Assembly (NCBI GenBank): GCA_035387745.1
Contig: DAOOON010000001.1
Coordinates: 1 to 29,413, forward strand
Length of the DNA: 29,413 nt
Source of the DNA: an archaeon
GTDB lineage: Archaea; Iainarchaeota; Iainarchaeia; Iainarchaeales; CSSED10-239
Direction of reading: 5' to 3'
Shown here one piece after another: positions 6,618 through 15,253 of this stretch. Numbering within the stretch: the stretch's first letter is position 1; the number at the start of each line of letters is the position of its first letter. The position numbers and the translations under genes are program-made. A model generated the notes under the pieces. It was given only the letters and a program-made list of their open reading frames with translations. It was not told the origin of the DNA and made no database searches.

Positions 6618-7367
6618 TTACTCATTATCTACTCTTGGTGCCAAATAGTATCTGATTGCTGCGCTACCGATTGTGTAGTTTAATTCAATTGGCATATCGT
6701 CTTTTAGCTTTAAAGTTATTGTTGTTTTGGCATTTTTAATCATGTTCTGCAAATAGTCTAATGGAAACATAGCTCTTGCTTTATTTCCAGAGATAACAAT
6801 ATCTCCTGCTTCAACTTCTTGCTTGAACTTTCCTTTAGAGCTTTGTGTTTCTAAAATAAACTTTTCGTCTCCAACTTTTAAAGAAATATGTGAACTGAAA
6901 AGTGCAGCGTCCTTGATTCCTGAAAGTAACTGATCAGAACCGACCTGCACAGTCACATCAAACTGTATTTGTGGAAGTGGGTGTTGCTGGTCTGAGACGT
7001 CAATTAAAGGGATAGTAAAGGATCTCTTGGATTTACCAATAAACTCTAACTGAATGCTTGGCTTTCCTTCTTTAATTTCAATTGATAATTTATCGTCTGC
7101 ATTTGAGTGTGCAAGAATCTGCAAAAGATTATTAATATTAATACCAAACGAGACTTTGTTTGCTGATTCTGGGCCAATGTCTGCGATAAATTCTTCAAAT
7201 GCAGTTTTTGGCATTACAAAATCCACAAGGCTTATCTGGCTTGGGTCTGTTGCTCTAAGATAAAACTTGTCTTTGTCTATTGTAAACAGTCCTTCGTTAA
7301 TCAATACGCCGATAGCGTCAATACATTTATAAAATTCTTTTGCGTCTTTTATTATTAATTTTATCAT
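6618..7367 (-). CDS. pcn: DNA polymerase sliding clamp PCNA
   Basis: It is 249 aa. MIKLIIKDAKEFYKCIDAIGVLINEGLFTIDKDKFYLRATDPSQISLVDF matches the archaeal PCNA N-terminal pattern. Confidence 0.9.
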   Translation of the reverse strand: MIKLIIKDAKEFYKCIDAIGVLINEGLFTIDKDKFYLRATDPSQISLVDFVMPKTAFEEFIADIGPESANKVSFGININNLLQILAHSNADDKLSIEIKEGKPSIQLEFIGKSKRSFTIPLIDVSDQQHPLPQIQFDVTVQVGSDQLLSGIKDAALFSSHISLKVGDEKFILETQSSKGKFKQEVEAGDIVISGNKARAMFPLDYLQNMIKNAKTTITLKLKDDMPIELNYTIGSAAIRYYLAPRVDNE

Positions 7368-7383
7368 AATCCCACCTCATATA

Positions 7384-8130
7384 TTATTGAAACAAAACTA
7401 ATTTAATATATCCTATATATGGTATTTTTCCTAGTTTCTTGCCTTTTAGGTCTTTTTCCTTTATTGGATAGATATTAAGGCACGGCTTTTGAATTGTAAT
7501 TTCGTTATTTATTATTTCTAGTTCACAATCCTGGTCAATATACACGTTTGTCTTGTGGTTGTCTCCCTTTGTTAATAGGAAGGTTCCGTCTTTTGCATTT
7601 ATTTTAACTATAGCTCTGTGTATTATGTCTTTTCCAGTAACGTTAGATGGATAAACAATTATACTATTATTATTTTCTATGCTTTCAAGCAAAGAAATAT
7701 TTTTGTCTCCAATCTTAATATACTCAATTTCTTCTATACCAAATTTGTTTTTAAAAAAGTTAAGTTCTGCAAAGTCTTTAAGGTCTTTGTTTGTAATATT
7801 TTCGTTAATTGTTATTTCTTCAAGTTTTAGATTATTTGCTTTTGTAAGTATTACAATATCTCCTCTGTGTAAATTAGGTTCCATTGATGAGCTATATACA
7901 ATCGCCATAGGCATAGACACTCCAAGTATCCATCCCAGAATATCATAGATTGCTATTGCTAAAAAGAAAGCAAGGCAAATATAGCAAAGCCAATAAATAG
8001 TGGATTTCCAGAAGTCCTCTGGCTTACCAATCCATTTTTCTAAAGCCATGTCCAAATAATTAAATGGATCCAGATAATACCAAAAATTCTTTTTTGGTTG
8101 TTTCTTTGAAGCTTTATTTTTTTTATTCAT
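7384..8130 (-). CDS. Signal peptidase I, archaeal/eukaryotic Sec11 (S26B) type
   Basis: An N-terminal TM segment is followed by SSSMEPNLHRGDIVIL (catalytic Ser box), IIHRAI (His box) and TKGDNHKTN (GDN box). An insertion of about 65 aa lies between the Ser and His boxes. Confidence 0.85.
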   Translation of the reverse strand: MNKKNKASKKQPKKNFWYYLDPFNYLDMALEKWIGKPEDFWKSTIYWLCYICLAFFLAIAIYDILGWILGVSMPMAIVYSSSMEPNLHRGDIVILTKANNLKLEEITINENITNKDLKDFAELNFFKNKFGIEEIEYIKIGDKNISLLESIENNNSIIVYPSNVTGKDIIHRAIVKINAKDGTFLLTKGDNHKTNVYIDQDCELEIINNEITIQKPCLNIYPIKEKDLKGKKLGKIPYIGYIKLVLFQ

Positions 8131-8432
8131 TTTTTAGCAACGGCCTTTTCAAGATTTTTGATAATACCATTAAACTTTTCTTCTGCTTCAGCTATACAGT
8201 CTAGTAAAACGTCTTTTGCTGCTTTGTCTCTTGTTCTAAGATATATAGTAAATCTACCTGTTAAATTGTCTTCTTCTTTTTTTGAGACAAACTCTACGTC
8301 TTTCTTTCCTGAAGCAATATCAACAATCATATCAAAGAAAGAAGAGTCTTCATCAGCAATCATAAATTCGATTTCATTCTTGCCTTTATTTATAAGTTCT
8401 ATATCCATTTTAAAAGTCACCATTTTTTGCAA
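8127..8432 (-). CDS. rpoL: DNA-directed RNA polymerase subunit L (Rpo11)
   Basis: NEIEFMIADEDSSFFDMIVDIASGKKDVEFVS...RFTIYLRT matches the RpoL pattern (NELEF.I.GEDHTL.N.L...L....V.FA.Y...). The true start is probably the ATG at 8408 (MDIELINKG), which removes the overlap with csl4. Confidence 0.75.
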   Translation of the reverse strand: MQKMVTFKMDIELINKGKNEIEFMIADEDSSFFDMIVDIASGKKDVEFVSKKEEDNLTGRFTIYLRTRDKAAKDVLLDCIAEAEEKFNGIIKNLEKAVAKK

Positions 8433-8844
8433 ATTTTTTTATTATTGTGTTTCCGCAATCACATATTACTTCCCCATTTGGTGAAGCCCCGATTGCCGCT
8501 TTACATTTTTTACATATTGTTCTAATTACTCCAAGCTCTTGGTTGTTTGTTACTAGCTTATACTCGTATGGCCCAACCTCCATAACCTTTGCTTTAATTA
8601 TATCGCCTTTAGAAAAACAAGCGCTAGTTGATTCTACAAACTTGGTGTCTATGTTTTTAACAAATATAATTCCCATGTCTGCAGGAGATAATACTTTATT
8701 ACCAGCATTAACAATCTCAACAACTACCATGTTATCCTTAACAACAACAATTTCTCCAATCACCACATCTCCAACATTTAGTTTTTCTTTTTTTCTAATA
8801 TTGGCTAGAATGGTACTTAATTCTAAATTACTCACAAAAATCAC
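8410..8844 (-). CDS. csl4: Exosome complex RNA-binding protein Csl4 (S1 domain plus zinc ribbon), N-terminal domain reduced
   Basis: It has an S1-like core (VGDVVIGEIVVVKDNMVVVEI ... GDIIKAKVMEV) followed by LGVIRTICKKCKA...VICDCGN, a C-x2-C ... C-x-C zinc ribbon. Confidence 0.75.
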   Translation of the reverse strand: MIFVSNLELSTILANIRKKEKLNVGDVVIGEIVVVKDNMVVVEIVNAGNKVLSPADMGIIFVKNIDTKFVESTSACFSKGDIIKAKVMEVGPYEYKLVTNNQELGVIRTICKKCKAAIGASPNGEVICDCGNTIIKKFAKNGDF

Positions 8845-8958
8845 AAATTAGTTCGTTTTTTATATCTCTCTACAATATATTTATATAAAAAAACATTTAT
8901 ATATTGTTGGTTTAAATATTCTTTTAGGCAAAGATATAGAAAAAGCGAGAACAATAAA

Positions 8959-9819
8959 ATGGTACTAGAATTCATATATAGCACTCAGAGGATATCAAGG
9001 CATCCGAGTATTATTTTTTTTGAGTCATTATTATTGTCAGTTTTAGCAGTATTGCTTGCTAAGTTTTTTTTTCTTCCAGAGCACCTAAGTTTTGGTATCT
9101 TTATTTTTATTACTGTGGGTTTAATTCCTATTTTTACTAAACTTTTTTCATATAATTCTTATCTTTTTAATTATTCCTCTAATTTCTTTCAAAGACACAA
9201 GACTTTAATGTTACAGCTTTTGTATGTGTTTTTGGGTGTTTTTGTGGCCTTTACTTTTATTTTCTTTGTTGTTAACACAGAGACAAGAGAAGAAATTTTT
9301 GCAACTCAATTATCAGAAATTGAAAAAATTACAGACTCTCGTAGTTCTCTAACTGGCCAGATTTCAGGTACTGAATTAAAAAACAATAACGCCTTTTCTA
9401 ATGCTTTTAATCTTATATTTTCTAATAATTTAGGAGTTGTATTAAGAGCAGGTCTATTATCTTTATTCTATGGTGCTGGTGCAATTTATTTGATTGCGTG
9501 GAATGCTTCAATTTTAGCAACAGCCATAGCTAATGATATTCTTGTTAATCTTGGCGGTGTTGTAGGTGTTAGTGGAATTTTTGAAGGTATTGGTAATGCC
9601 TTAGTCACGCTTATTGGCTATATCCCTCACGGCCTTCCGGAGGTTCTTGCTTATATATTAATAAGTCTTGCTGGTGCAATCTTTGCAAGAGATCTAATGA
9701 AGGGGTTGTTCTTTACAGAGTTTAGATGGGTAATAATTAAGGACATAATCCTTTTGGTTATTGCTTCAATTGTTTTACTTTTAATTGGTGCGCTAATAGA
9801 AGCTAGTTATTTTATCTAG
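8959..9819 (+). CDS. Integral membrane protein, SpoIIM/DUF95-like
   Basis: It has several TM helices. The C-terminal half, LIAWNASILA...IPHGLPEVLAYILISLAGAIF, resembles the SpoIIM family HG.(F/P)E...... G motif. This is from memory and needs an HMM check. Confidence 0.55.
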   Translation: MVLEFIYSTQRISRHPSIIFFESLLLSVLAVLLAKFFFLPEHLSFGIFIFITVGLIPIFTKLFSYNSYLFNYSSNFFQRHKTLMLQLLYVFLGVFVAFTFIFFVVNTETREEIFATQLSEIEKITDSRSSLTGQISGTELKNNNAFSNAFNLIFSNNLGVVLRAGLLSLFYGAGAIYLIAWNASILATAIANDILVNLGGVVGVSGIFEGIGNALVTLIGYIPHGLPEVLAYILISLAGAIFARDLMKGLFFTEFRWVIIKDIILLVIASIVLLLIGALIEASYFI

Positions 9820-9830
9820 TTTTCTTGTAT

Positions 9831-9840
9831 CTTTATATAT
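9831..9840 (+). promoter_or_regulatory. TATA box for priL (leaderless-type spacing)
   Basis: CTTTATATAT is centred about 27 nt upstream of the ATG at 9863. No SD is present. Confidence 0.4.
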
Positions 9841-9862
9841 TTTTACGTGTATAAATATATTT

Positions 9863-10867
9863 ATGCAAGATTACAATTATCTTCTAAGGTTTCCTTTCTC
9901 TAAACAGGCAAAGGAATATATTTCAAGCAAGAGAATTGACTTGCTATCAGTGGATTATAAAGTTTTAGAAAAGGTTAAAAAGTTTTTAATTGATGAAATT
10001 AACCAGGACTATAAAAATCTAGAGAAATATTGGTTTAATATTTCAAAGATTGATGATGAGATTATTGCGACAAGCTATGTTATGATTTATCCACTATCTA
10101 AGATTATTATTTCAATAATTGATAACACGCCATTAACTCAAAGCTTTGCAAACTATTATCAAAAAAGATTTATGTATTTTTCTAAAAGAGAAGATTTAGA
10201 AAATCTTAAAGAAATAATCACAGATGTTTGTCCTCAGTTGTTTTATGATTCTTATAAAGAACAATACTTTATATCTTTGATTGACCTATTGACTTTAGAT
10301 TTAGGCGAGGACTATAAGCTACAATACACAAACCTTAAAGAAGGAAACATTTTCTTTCCAAGTAAAGACGCGCTTCTAGAGTTTCTGTCTGTTGTCCTAA
10401 AGAAAAGAATATTAAGAACCACAGAAATAAACAAAAAAGAGATTCCAAAATCTTTTCTGGAGATTTCAGAAATTGTAAAAAAGCATTTTTTGTCAACTCA
10501 GAAAGCCAGGGAAGATTTGGATTATAGGTTTTCTGGTAAGCTTTCGAATGGGGATTTCCCACCATGCTTTGATAAATTATATAATGATCTCTTGTCAGGA
10601 AAGAAGCTGTCGCATATCGGTAACTACCACTTGGCAGTTTTTCTAGCAGGCGTTGGTTATACTTATGACGACATTATAAATATTTATAAAAACGCACCAA
10701 ACTTTGATGAAAGAATTGCGGGCTATCAGATTAAAAAGATTATTGAAAAGAAATATTCTATAGGTAATTGTGAAACTTTAAAGTCAAATGATTTGTGTGT
10801 AGCAGACTGTAAAGTCAAGCATCCCTTACAATTATTAAGAAAACAAAATCTAACAGAAAAAACATGA
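9863..10867 (+). CDS. priL: DNA primase large (regulatory) subunit PriL
   Basis: It has the FPPCFDKLYNDLLSGKKLSHIGNYHLAVFLAGVGY motif (PPC...G..L.H..R..L..FL) and downstream Cys residues (NCETLKSNDLCVADC) consistent with the Fe-S cluster domain. Confidence 0.85.
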   Translation: MQDYNYLLRFPFSKQAKEYISSKRIDLLSVDYKVLEKVKKFLIDEINQDYKNLEKYWFNISKIDDEIIATSYVMIYPLSKIIISIIDNTPLTQSFANYYQKRFMYFSKREDLENLKEIITDVCPQLFYDSYKEQYFISLIDLLTLDLGEDYKLQYTNLKEGNIFFPSKDALLEFLSVVLKKRILRTTEINKKEIPKSFLEISEIVKKHFLSTQKAREDLDYRFSGKLSNGDFPPCFDKLYNDLLSGKKLSHIGNYHLAVFLAGVGYTYDDIINIYKNAPNFDERIAGYQIKKIIEKKYSIGNCETLKSNDLCVADCKVKHPLQLLRKQNLTEKT

Positions 10868-11565
10868 AACCATCAAAAATTAAAATATTAAGAGCAAAGT
10901 CGCCTATTCATGAGAGATTAATAGATGAACGTGGCCGAAGAAGAATTGATGGAGATATGGACGTTCAGGGCATTATCGAAGGAGATCTAACAGATACCTG
11001 GGACAAACCAGGCAGAGATATTTCTAAATATAAATTACAAGGAATATTAACAAGAAGAGGATTAAATACAGATATTAGGGCCTTAAAAAAAAGGGAAACC
11101 CCTATAAATATCATGGTGTTGGGCCCAGGAGAAGGAGCAGAAGTGTTATTATTAAATGAGAAATTAAAGGGCACAAAAATAGGAATAGACACATTAGGTT
11201 TAACCAATAATTTGTCTCCCGAGGCAAAAGAGATAATTAGAAAAGATTATTCTCCAGAGAAATTAACAGCAGCAAATATATTTGAAAATATGAATCATTT
11301 AAAAATGGTAAGAAAATACGATTACGTTTATTCTAGATTTGGTCCACTTTCTCATACACATCAACCAGAAATTGTAATTTTAAAAGTTGCAAGCCTGTTA
11401 AAACCCGGCGGCTTTGCAAGATTTTATCCGATAGTATTTAGTACCCCTATGGAAATAAAAGAAATTATAATTAACTGCCAAAAATACCTTGCAAAAAGAG
11501 GTTATAAGAAGGCAATTAAATTTAAAGTGTTTGCAGATAATTTAATAATAATTAGAGAAAAATGA
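10864..11565 (+). CDS. Class I SAM-dependent methyltransferase-like protein
   Basis: INIMVLGPGEGAEV resembles motif I (VLG.G.G). KIGIDTL provides an acidic end to beta-2. YDYVYSRFG and LLKPGGFARF resemble the later motifs. Its ATGA start overlaps the priL stop. Confidence 0.45.
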   Translation: MKPSKIKILRAKSPIHERLIDERGRRRIDGDMDVQGIIEGDLTDTWDKPGRDISKYKLQGILTRRGLNTDIRALKKRETPINIMVLGPGEGAEVLLLNEKLKGTKIGIDTLGLTNNLSPEAKEIIRKDYSPEKLTAANIFENMNHLKMVRKYDYVYSRFGPLSHTHQPEIVILKVASLLKPGGFARFYPIVFSTPMEIKEIIINCQKYLAKRGYKKAIKFKVFADNLIIIREK

Positions 11566-11571
11566 GATATT

Positions 11572-13113
11572 ATGTTTGGATTTAAAAAAAAGAAAACTAA
11601 CAACAATAAATTATTATTGATAATTCTAGATGGTGTTGGAATCAATAAGCCATATCCAGGGAACGCAGTAACTTTAGCAAACATGCCAATCTTTAATTCT
11701 CTAAGAACCAACTATCCAAATATGTTACTTGGCGCAAGCGAAGAGTATGTTGGGCTCCCAAAAAAGCAGATGGGTTCTTCAGAAGTTGGCCACTTTACTA
11801 TTGGTGCTGGAAGAATTATAGATTCTGAAATTGTTAGAATCGATAAGGCCATAAGAACTGGCGAGTTCTATAAAAACATTGTTCTTAACGCAGAGCTACA
11901 AAAGATAAAAGGTTTTCAGGCGCTTCATGTTGTTGGCTTATTAAGTGACGGCGGAGTTCATTCTTCAATCAATCATCTTTTTGCTTTGCTTGAAGTTATT
12001 AACAGACACAATAATCTTTCTCAAGTTTATCTTCATCTTTTTACAGACGGTAGAGATGTTGATCCTAAGTTTTCAAAGCTTTTTGTTTCTGAGCTTTTGA
12101 AAAGAATTGCAGGAAATAACAGGATACACATAGCAAGCATTTGCGGTAGATATTATGGCATGGATAGAGATAATCGTTGGGATAGGCAAAAGAAATTATA
12201 TAATTTAATTGTTAATGGTATTGGCGAAAGATCCTCTGATCCTTTAAGTTACATAGAGTATTGCCATTCAAAAGAGATTACTGATGAGTTTTTGCCACCT
12301 GTGTTATTTAATGAAAACGGTTTAATCAAGAACAATGATACAGTAATATTTTTTAATTTCAGAAGCGACAGAGCAAGAGAGTTTACAAAGATGTTAATGG
12401 ATAAGTCTTTTGACAAGTTCCAGACAAAGAAGATGTTTTTAAATTTTTTAAGCTTTACAGAGTATGACTCAAAGTTTAAAAACGTAAAAGTTTTGTTTCC
12501 TCCAGAAAAGCAAAAAGCAGGTCTTGGTAAAATTATTTCGGAACTTGGTTATAAACAATTAAGAATTGCAGAAACCGAAAAGTATGCTCACGTTACTTAT
12601 TTCTTCAATCTTGGCGAGGAACATCCTTATAAAAAAGAAGACAGAATACTTGTGCCTTCTCCAAGTGTTGCAACATATGATCTAAAGCCAGAGATGTCTG
12701 CAAAAATTATTACTCAAAGGCTTATAGATAAATTAAATGAAGACTATAAGTTAATTGTTGTTAATTTTGCAAATGGAGACATGGTTGGGCACACAGGAGA
12801 TATTCAGGCAACAGTAAAAGGTCTAGAGATTGTTGATCAGTGTCTTGAGCAGATAATGAAAAGAGTTAATCTAGATAACACTACAGTAATAATTACAGCA
12901 GATCATGGCAACTGCGACGAGATGATAACCTCTGATCATAAGGTGACATGCCACAGTATTAATAAAGTTCCGTTTATATTAATTTCTAATAAGGAACACA
13001 AACTAAGAGCAGACAATCACGAGTCATCGATTGCTAATGTTGCCCCAACAATTTTAAAGTTATTAGGAGAAGAAGTTCCAAAATATATGTCTGAAGATTT
13101 ACTAGATTATTAA
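11572..13113 (+). CDS. gpmI: 2,3-bisphosphoglycerate-independent phosphoglycerate mutase (bacterial GpmI/iPGM type)
   Basis: It is 513 aa and contains LLIILDGVGIN, MGSSEVGHFTIGAGRI (catalytic Ser), HLFTDGRDV, NFANGDMVGHTG and ITADHGN. All are canonical iPGM motifs. Confidence 0.9.
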   Translation: MFGFKKKKTNNNKLLLIILDGVGINKPYPGNAVTLANMPIFNSLRTNYPNMLLGASEEYVGLPKKQMGSSEVGHFTIGAGRIIDSEIVRIDKAIRTGEFYKNIVLNAELQKIKGFQALHVVGLLSDGGVHSSINHLFALLEVINRHNNLSQVYLHLFTDGRDVDPKFSKLFVSELLKRIAGNNRIHIASICGRYYGMDRDNRWDRQKKLYNLIVNGIGERSSDPLSYIEYCHSKEITDEFLPPVLFNENGLIKNNDTVIFFNFRSDRAREFTKMLMDKSFDKFQTKKMFLNFLSFTEYDSKFKNVKVLFPPEKQKAGLGKIISELGYKQLRIAETEKYAHVTYFFNLGEEHPYKKEDRILVPSPSVATYDLKPEMSAKIITQRLIDKLNEDYKLIVVNFANGDMVGHTGDIQATVKGLEIVDQCLEQIMKRVNLDNTTVIITADHGNCDEMITSDHKVTCHSINKVPFILISNKEHKLRADNHESSIANVAPTILKLLGEEVPKYMSEDLLDY

Positions 13114-13602
13114 ATGGTGAAATACATGAAAATTTTAAGGAAATTATTTAGTAAAAAACCAAAATCCGAAAAAATAGTTTTAGATAAAATAAAAACATTA
13201 AAAAAAGAAAAGCCAAATAATGGCAATTATCATTATTTAGGTGGTAACTGGATTTCTAAAGAAGCAGGGTCTTATCACATAACTTATAGGCAGAAAGGGA
13301 AAATAATTAGTTTATTTGATTTAAGAAAAACAGAGAAAAGAAAAGAAATAAATCCAAAAGAATATAGAGATTTACTAGAGAAATCAATTAAAAATTCCAG
13401 AAATTTAGGCTGCGAGATGATTGTTATAAAAACCTGGATATTTGCAAAATATCCGGAATTAAAAGAATTTGGGTTTTTAGAGATAAAGCCTGGTTCAGAA
13501 GCAAAGTTCTCTGAGTTTATTTCTAAAAGAAAAATAACTGAGGAAAAATTATTAAGTAATCCAGAGAATAGTAGATACCCTCTCTACTATCTTAAAATTT
13601 AA
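13114..13602 (+). CDS. Hypothetical protein (weak GNAT-like C-terminal resemblance)
   Basis: This 162-aa ORF starts on the nucleotide after the gpmI stop. LGCEMIVIKTWIFAKYPELKEFGFLEI vaguely resembles the end of an acetyltransferase fold. I saw no clear acetyl-CoA binding motif. Confidence 0.4.
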   Translation: MVKYMKILRKLFSKKPKSEKIVLDKIKTLKKEKPNNGNYHYLGGNWISKEAGSYHITYRQKGKIISLFDLRKTEKRKEINPKEYRDLLEKSIKNSRNLGCEMIVIKTWIFAKYPELKEFGFLEIKPGSEAKFSEFISKRKITEEKLLSNPENSRYPLYYLKI

Positions 13603-13611
13603 TGGATAGTT

Positions 13612-14646
13612 ATGAATATTCTTTCTTTACAAAAGGACGGAAAAGTTATTTTTATTCCTCAGACTCTTGAGGACCTCTGGGTTATTAAGTCTATTACTGA
13701 TTTAGGGGATGTTGTTTCTGGTTCTTCTTATAGGCGAATACGCGGTAACGAAGCAGACAACGAATCAACAAGAAAACCAGTCTTTGTTTCTATTGCTATT
13801 GAGAAGTTTGATTTTTCTAAAGAGCTTAATTCTTTAAGATTTACTGGTAAGATTATTGATAGTAAGCCTGAAGAGCTTGCGCCCCTTGGCGAGTACCATA
13901 CTCTTGAAATTTCTCTTTCTAAATCTTACACTCTAAAAAAGCCACATTTCTTCTCTCATCAATTGGATTTACTTGAGAACAATAGTTCTGTTTTTTCAAG
14001 TTCTATTCTTTTGATTGCTCTTGATGATGAGAAGTCAAATATTTTTGAGCTTACAAATATTGGCATAAAAGATATAGCAGTGATTGACTCAGGAAAGCCT
14101 GGCAAAAGATATTCTTCTGATTTTGATTTTTCTAGTTTCTTTTCTGAAATCTTTTCAATAGTTTCAAGATATGATTGTCAGATTATTATTGCTGGTCCTG
14201 GTGCAACAAGATCTAAGCTTTCTGAATTTATTAAACAAAAGAAAAGTTCTTTAAAAATTTTAGAATTATCAATTCAAAATACTAACAAGTCCTCAATCAA
14301 CGAGTTATTCTCTAAAGAAGAAGTTTCTAGATTTTTTGAAAACTCAATAATCTACAAAGAACAAAAGGTTCTTGATAGCTTTCTTGAAAATCTAGGAAAG
14401 AACAATAATAAAGTTGCATACGGTTTACAAGAGGTGTCAAAAGCACTTGATGTCGGCGCTTGCGAAAGCATTATGGTTTCTGAAAAGCTATGGAAGACAG
14501 AACTTGATAAGGTTCAAGAGCTTATTAGAAAAGCAGATATTGTTAAAACAAAAGTGCATATTGTTGATGAAGAGCACGAAGTCTCTAAGTCTTTAAGGTC
14601 TTTTGGCGGAATAATCTCCACTTTAAGATATCCTTTAAGTTTTTAA
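13612..14646 (+). CDS. pelA: Pelota (aDom34) mRNA surveillance / ribosome rescue factor
   Basis: The N-terminus reads GKVIFIPQTLEDLWVIKSITDLGDVVSGSSYRRI (Pelota pattern ..L.PE..DDLW.LYN.I..GD.V...T.R). The C-terminal region is eRF1-like. It is 344 aa. Confidence 0.85.
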   Translation: MNILSLQKDGKVIFIPQTLEDLWVIKSITDLGDVVSGSSYRRIRGNEADNESTRKPVFVSIAIEKFDFSKELNSLRFTGKIIDSKPEELAPLGEYHTLEISLSKSYTLKKPHFFSHQLDLLENNSSVFSSSILLIALDDEKSNIFELTNIGIKDIAVIDSGKPGKRYSSDFDFSSFFSEIFSIVSRYDCQIIIAGPGATRSKLSEFIKQKKSSLKILELSIQNTNKSSINELFSKEEVSRFFENSIIYKEQKVLDSFLENLGKNNNKVAYGLQEVSKALDVGACESIMVSEKLWKTELDKVQELIRKADIVKTKVHIVDEEHEVSKSLRSFGGIISTLRYPLSF

Positions 14647-14672
14647 AATAAGAAAAAGAGAAATAAACACAA

Positions 14673-14942
14673 CTAGTGTGTTATGTTTCTGTTTATTGGT
14701 TTTCTTGTAGGAATTGCATTAGGATCTACTTTTATCTTTAATGCTTCTTGTTCTTTTTTTTCTTTCTTTACTGTTCTAGTAATATAAGCAGACATTAAGT
14801 TAATTGTTAATTTAGATAATGGAAGATTCATGGTTTTTATAAATTCCTTGTTTGCTTTAAATTCTGTACCAAAGTCTTCTTTAAACTCGTTATATATTAT
14901 CTTTGCTTTTGCTTTTATTTTATTTGACATTGCTTTACCCAT
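14673..14942 (-). CDS. rps17e: 30S ribosomal protein S17e
   Basis: MGKAMSNKIKAKAKIIYNEFKEDFGTEFKANKEFI...SKLTINLMSAYITRTVKK matches the eS17 pattern MG.....KR.A..L.E.....FT.DF..NK.......SK.LRN.IAGY.TR. It has a basic C-terminal extension. Confidence 0.8.
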   Translation of the reverse strand: MGKAMSNKIKAKAKIIYNEFKEDFGTEFKANKEFIKTMNLPLSKLTINLMSAYITRTVKKEKKEQEALKIKVDPNAIPTRKPINRNITH

Positions 14943-14955
14943 GGTTAATTTCTCC

Positions 14956-15162
14956 TTAATTTACTGTGATTACAACCTTACTATTGTTTATGTGTCTAAT
15001 AACTGCAAGCGGTATAGTCTTAGTATCAAACTCGTCTTTTGCTATAGTGTAAGCTGTACTGTCTTTATGTACCTTTACTAAAGCCGGCGCCCCGCAGGAT
15101 ATTTGCTGTGCTCTAGCAGATATTAATCTAGTTATTTCATATTTTGTAAGTTTTGAAACCAT
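14956..15162 (-). CDS. rpoK: DNA-directed RNA polymerase subunit K (Rpo6)
   Basis: LTKYEITRLISARAQQISCGAPALV ... TIPLAVIR matches the RpoK/Rpb6 signature (LT.YE.ARI.G.RA.Q...GA.P.V ... P..I.R). Confidence 0.85.
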   Translation of the reverse strand: MVSKLTKYEITRLISARAQQISCGAPALVKVHKDSTAYTIAKDEFDTKTIPLAVIRHINNSKVVITVN

Positions 15163-15253
15163 ATTAATCTTTTGTTTAATTATTATAGAACTAAAATAAG
15201 GTCCTTTTGTCTATATAATATATAGTAGAGATAAGGTTTAAATATTATTCTTT

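Noticed and set aside
8447-8851. Long antisense ORFs that almost fully overlap real genes. These are 8447-8851 (+, 134 aa, opposite csl4), 8158-8484 (+, opposite rpoL), 3635-3997 (+), 20734-21099 (-, opposite GINS), 23242-23595 (-), 19584-19853 (-), 418-678 and 849-1136 (-, opposite pilins) and 10965-11207 (-).
   Set aside because: Their products are Ser/Phe/Leu/Ile-rich and low in complexity, with no motifs. Each lies opposite a gene with clear family signatures. They look like shadow frames of biased coding sequence.
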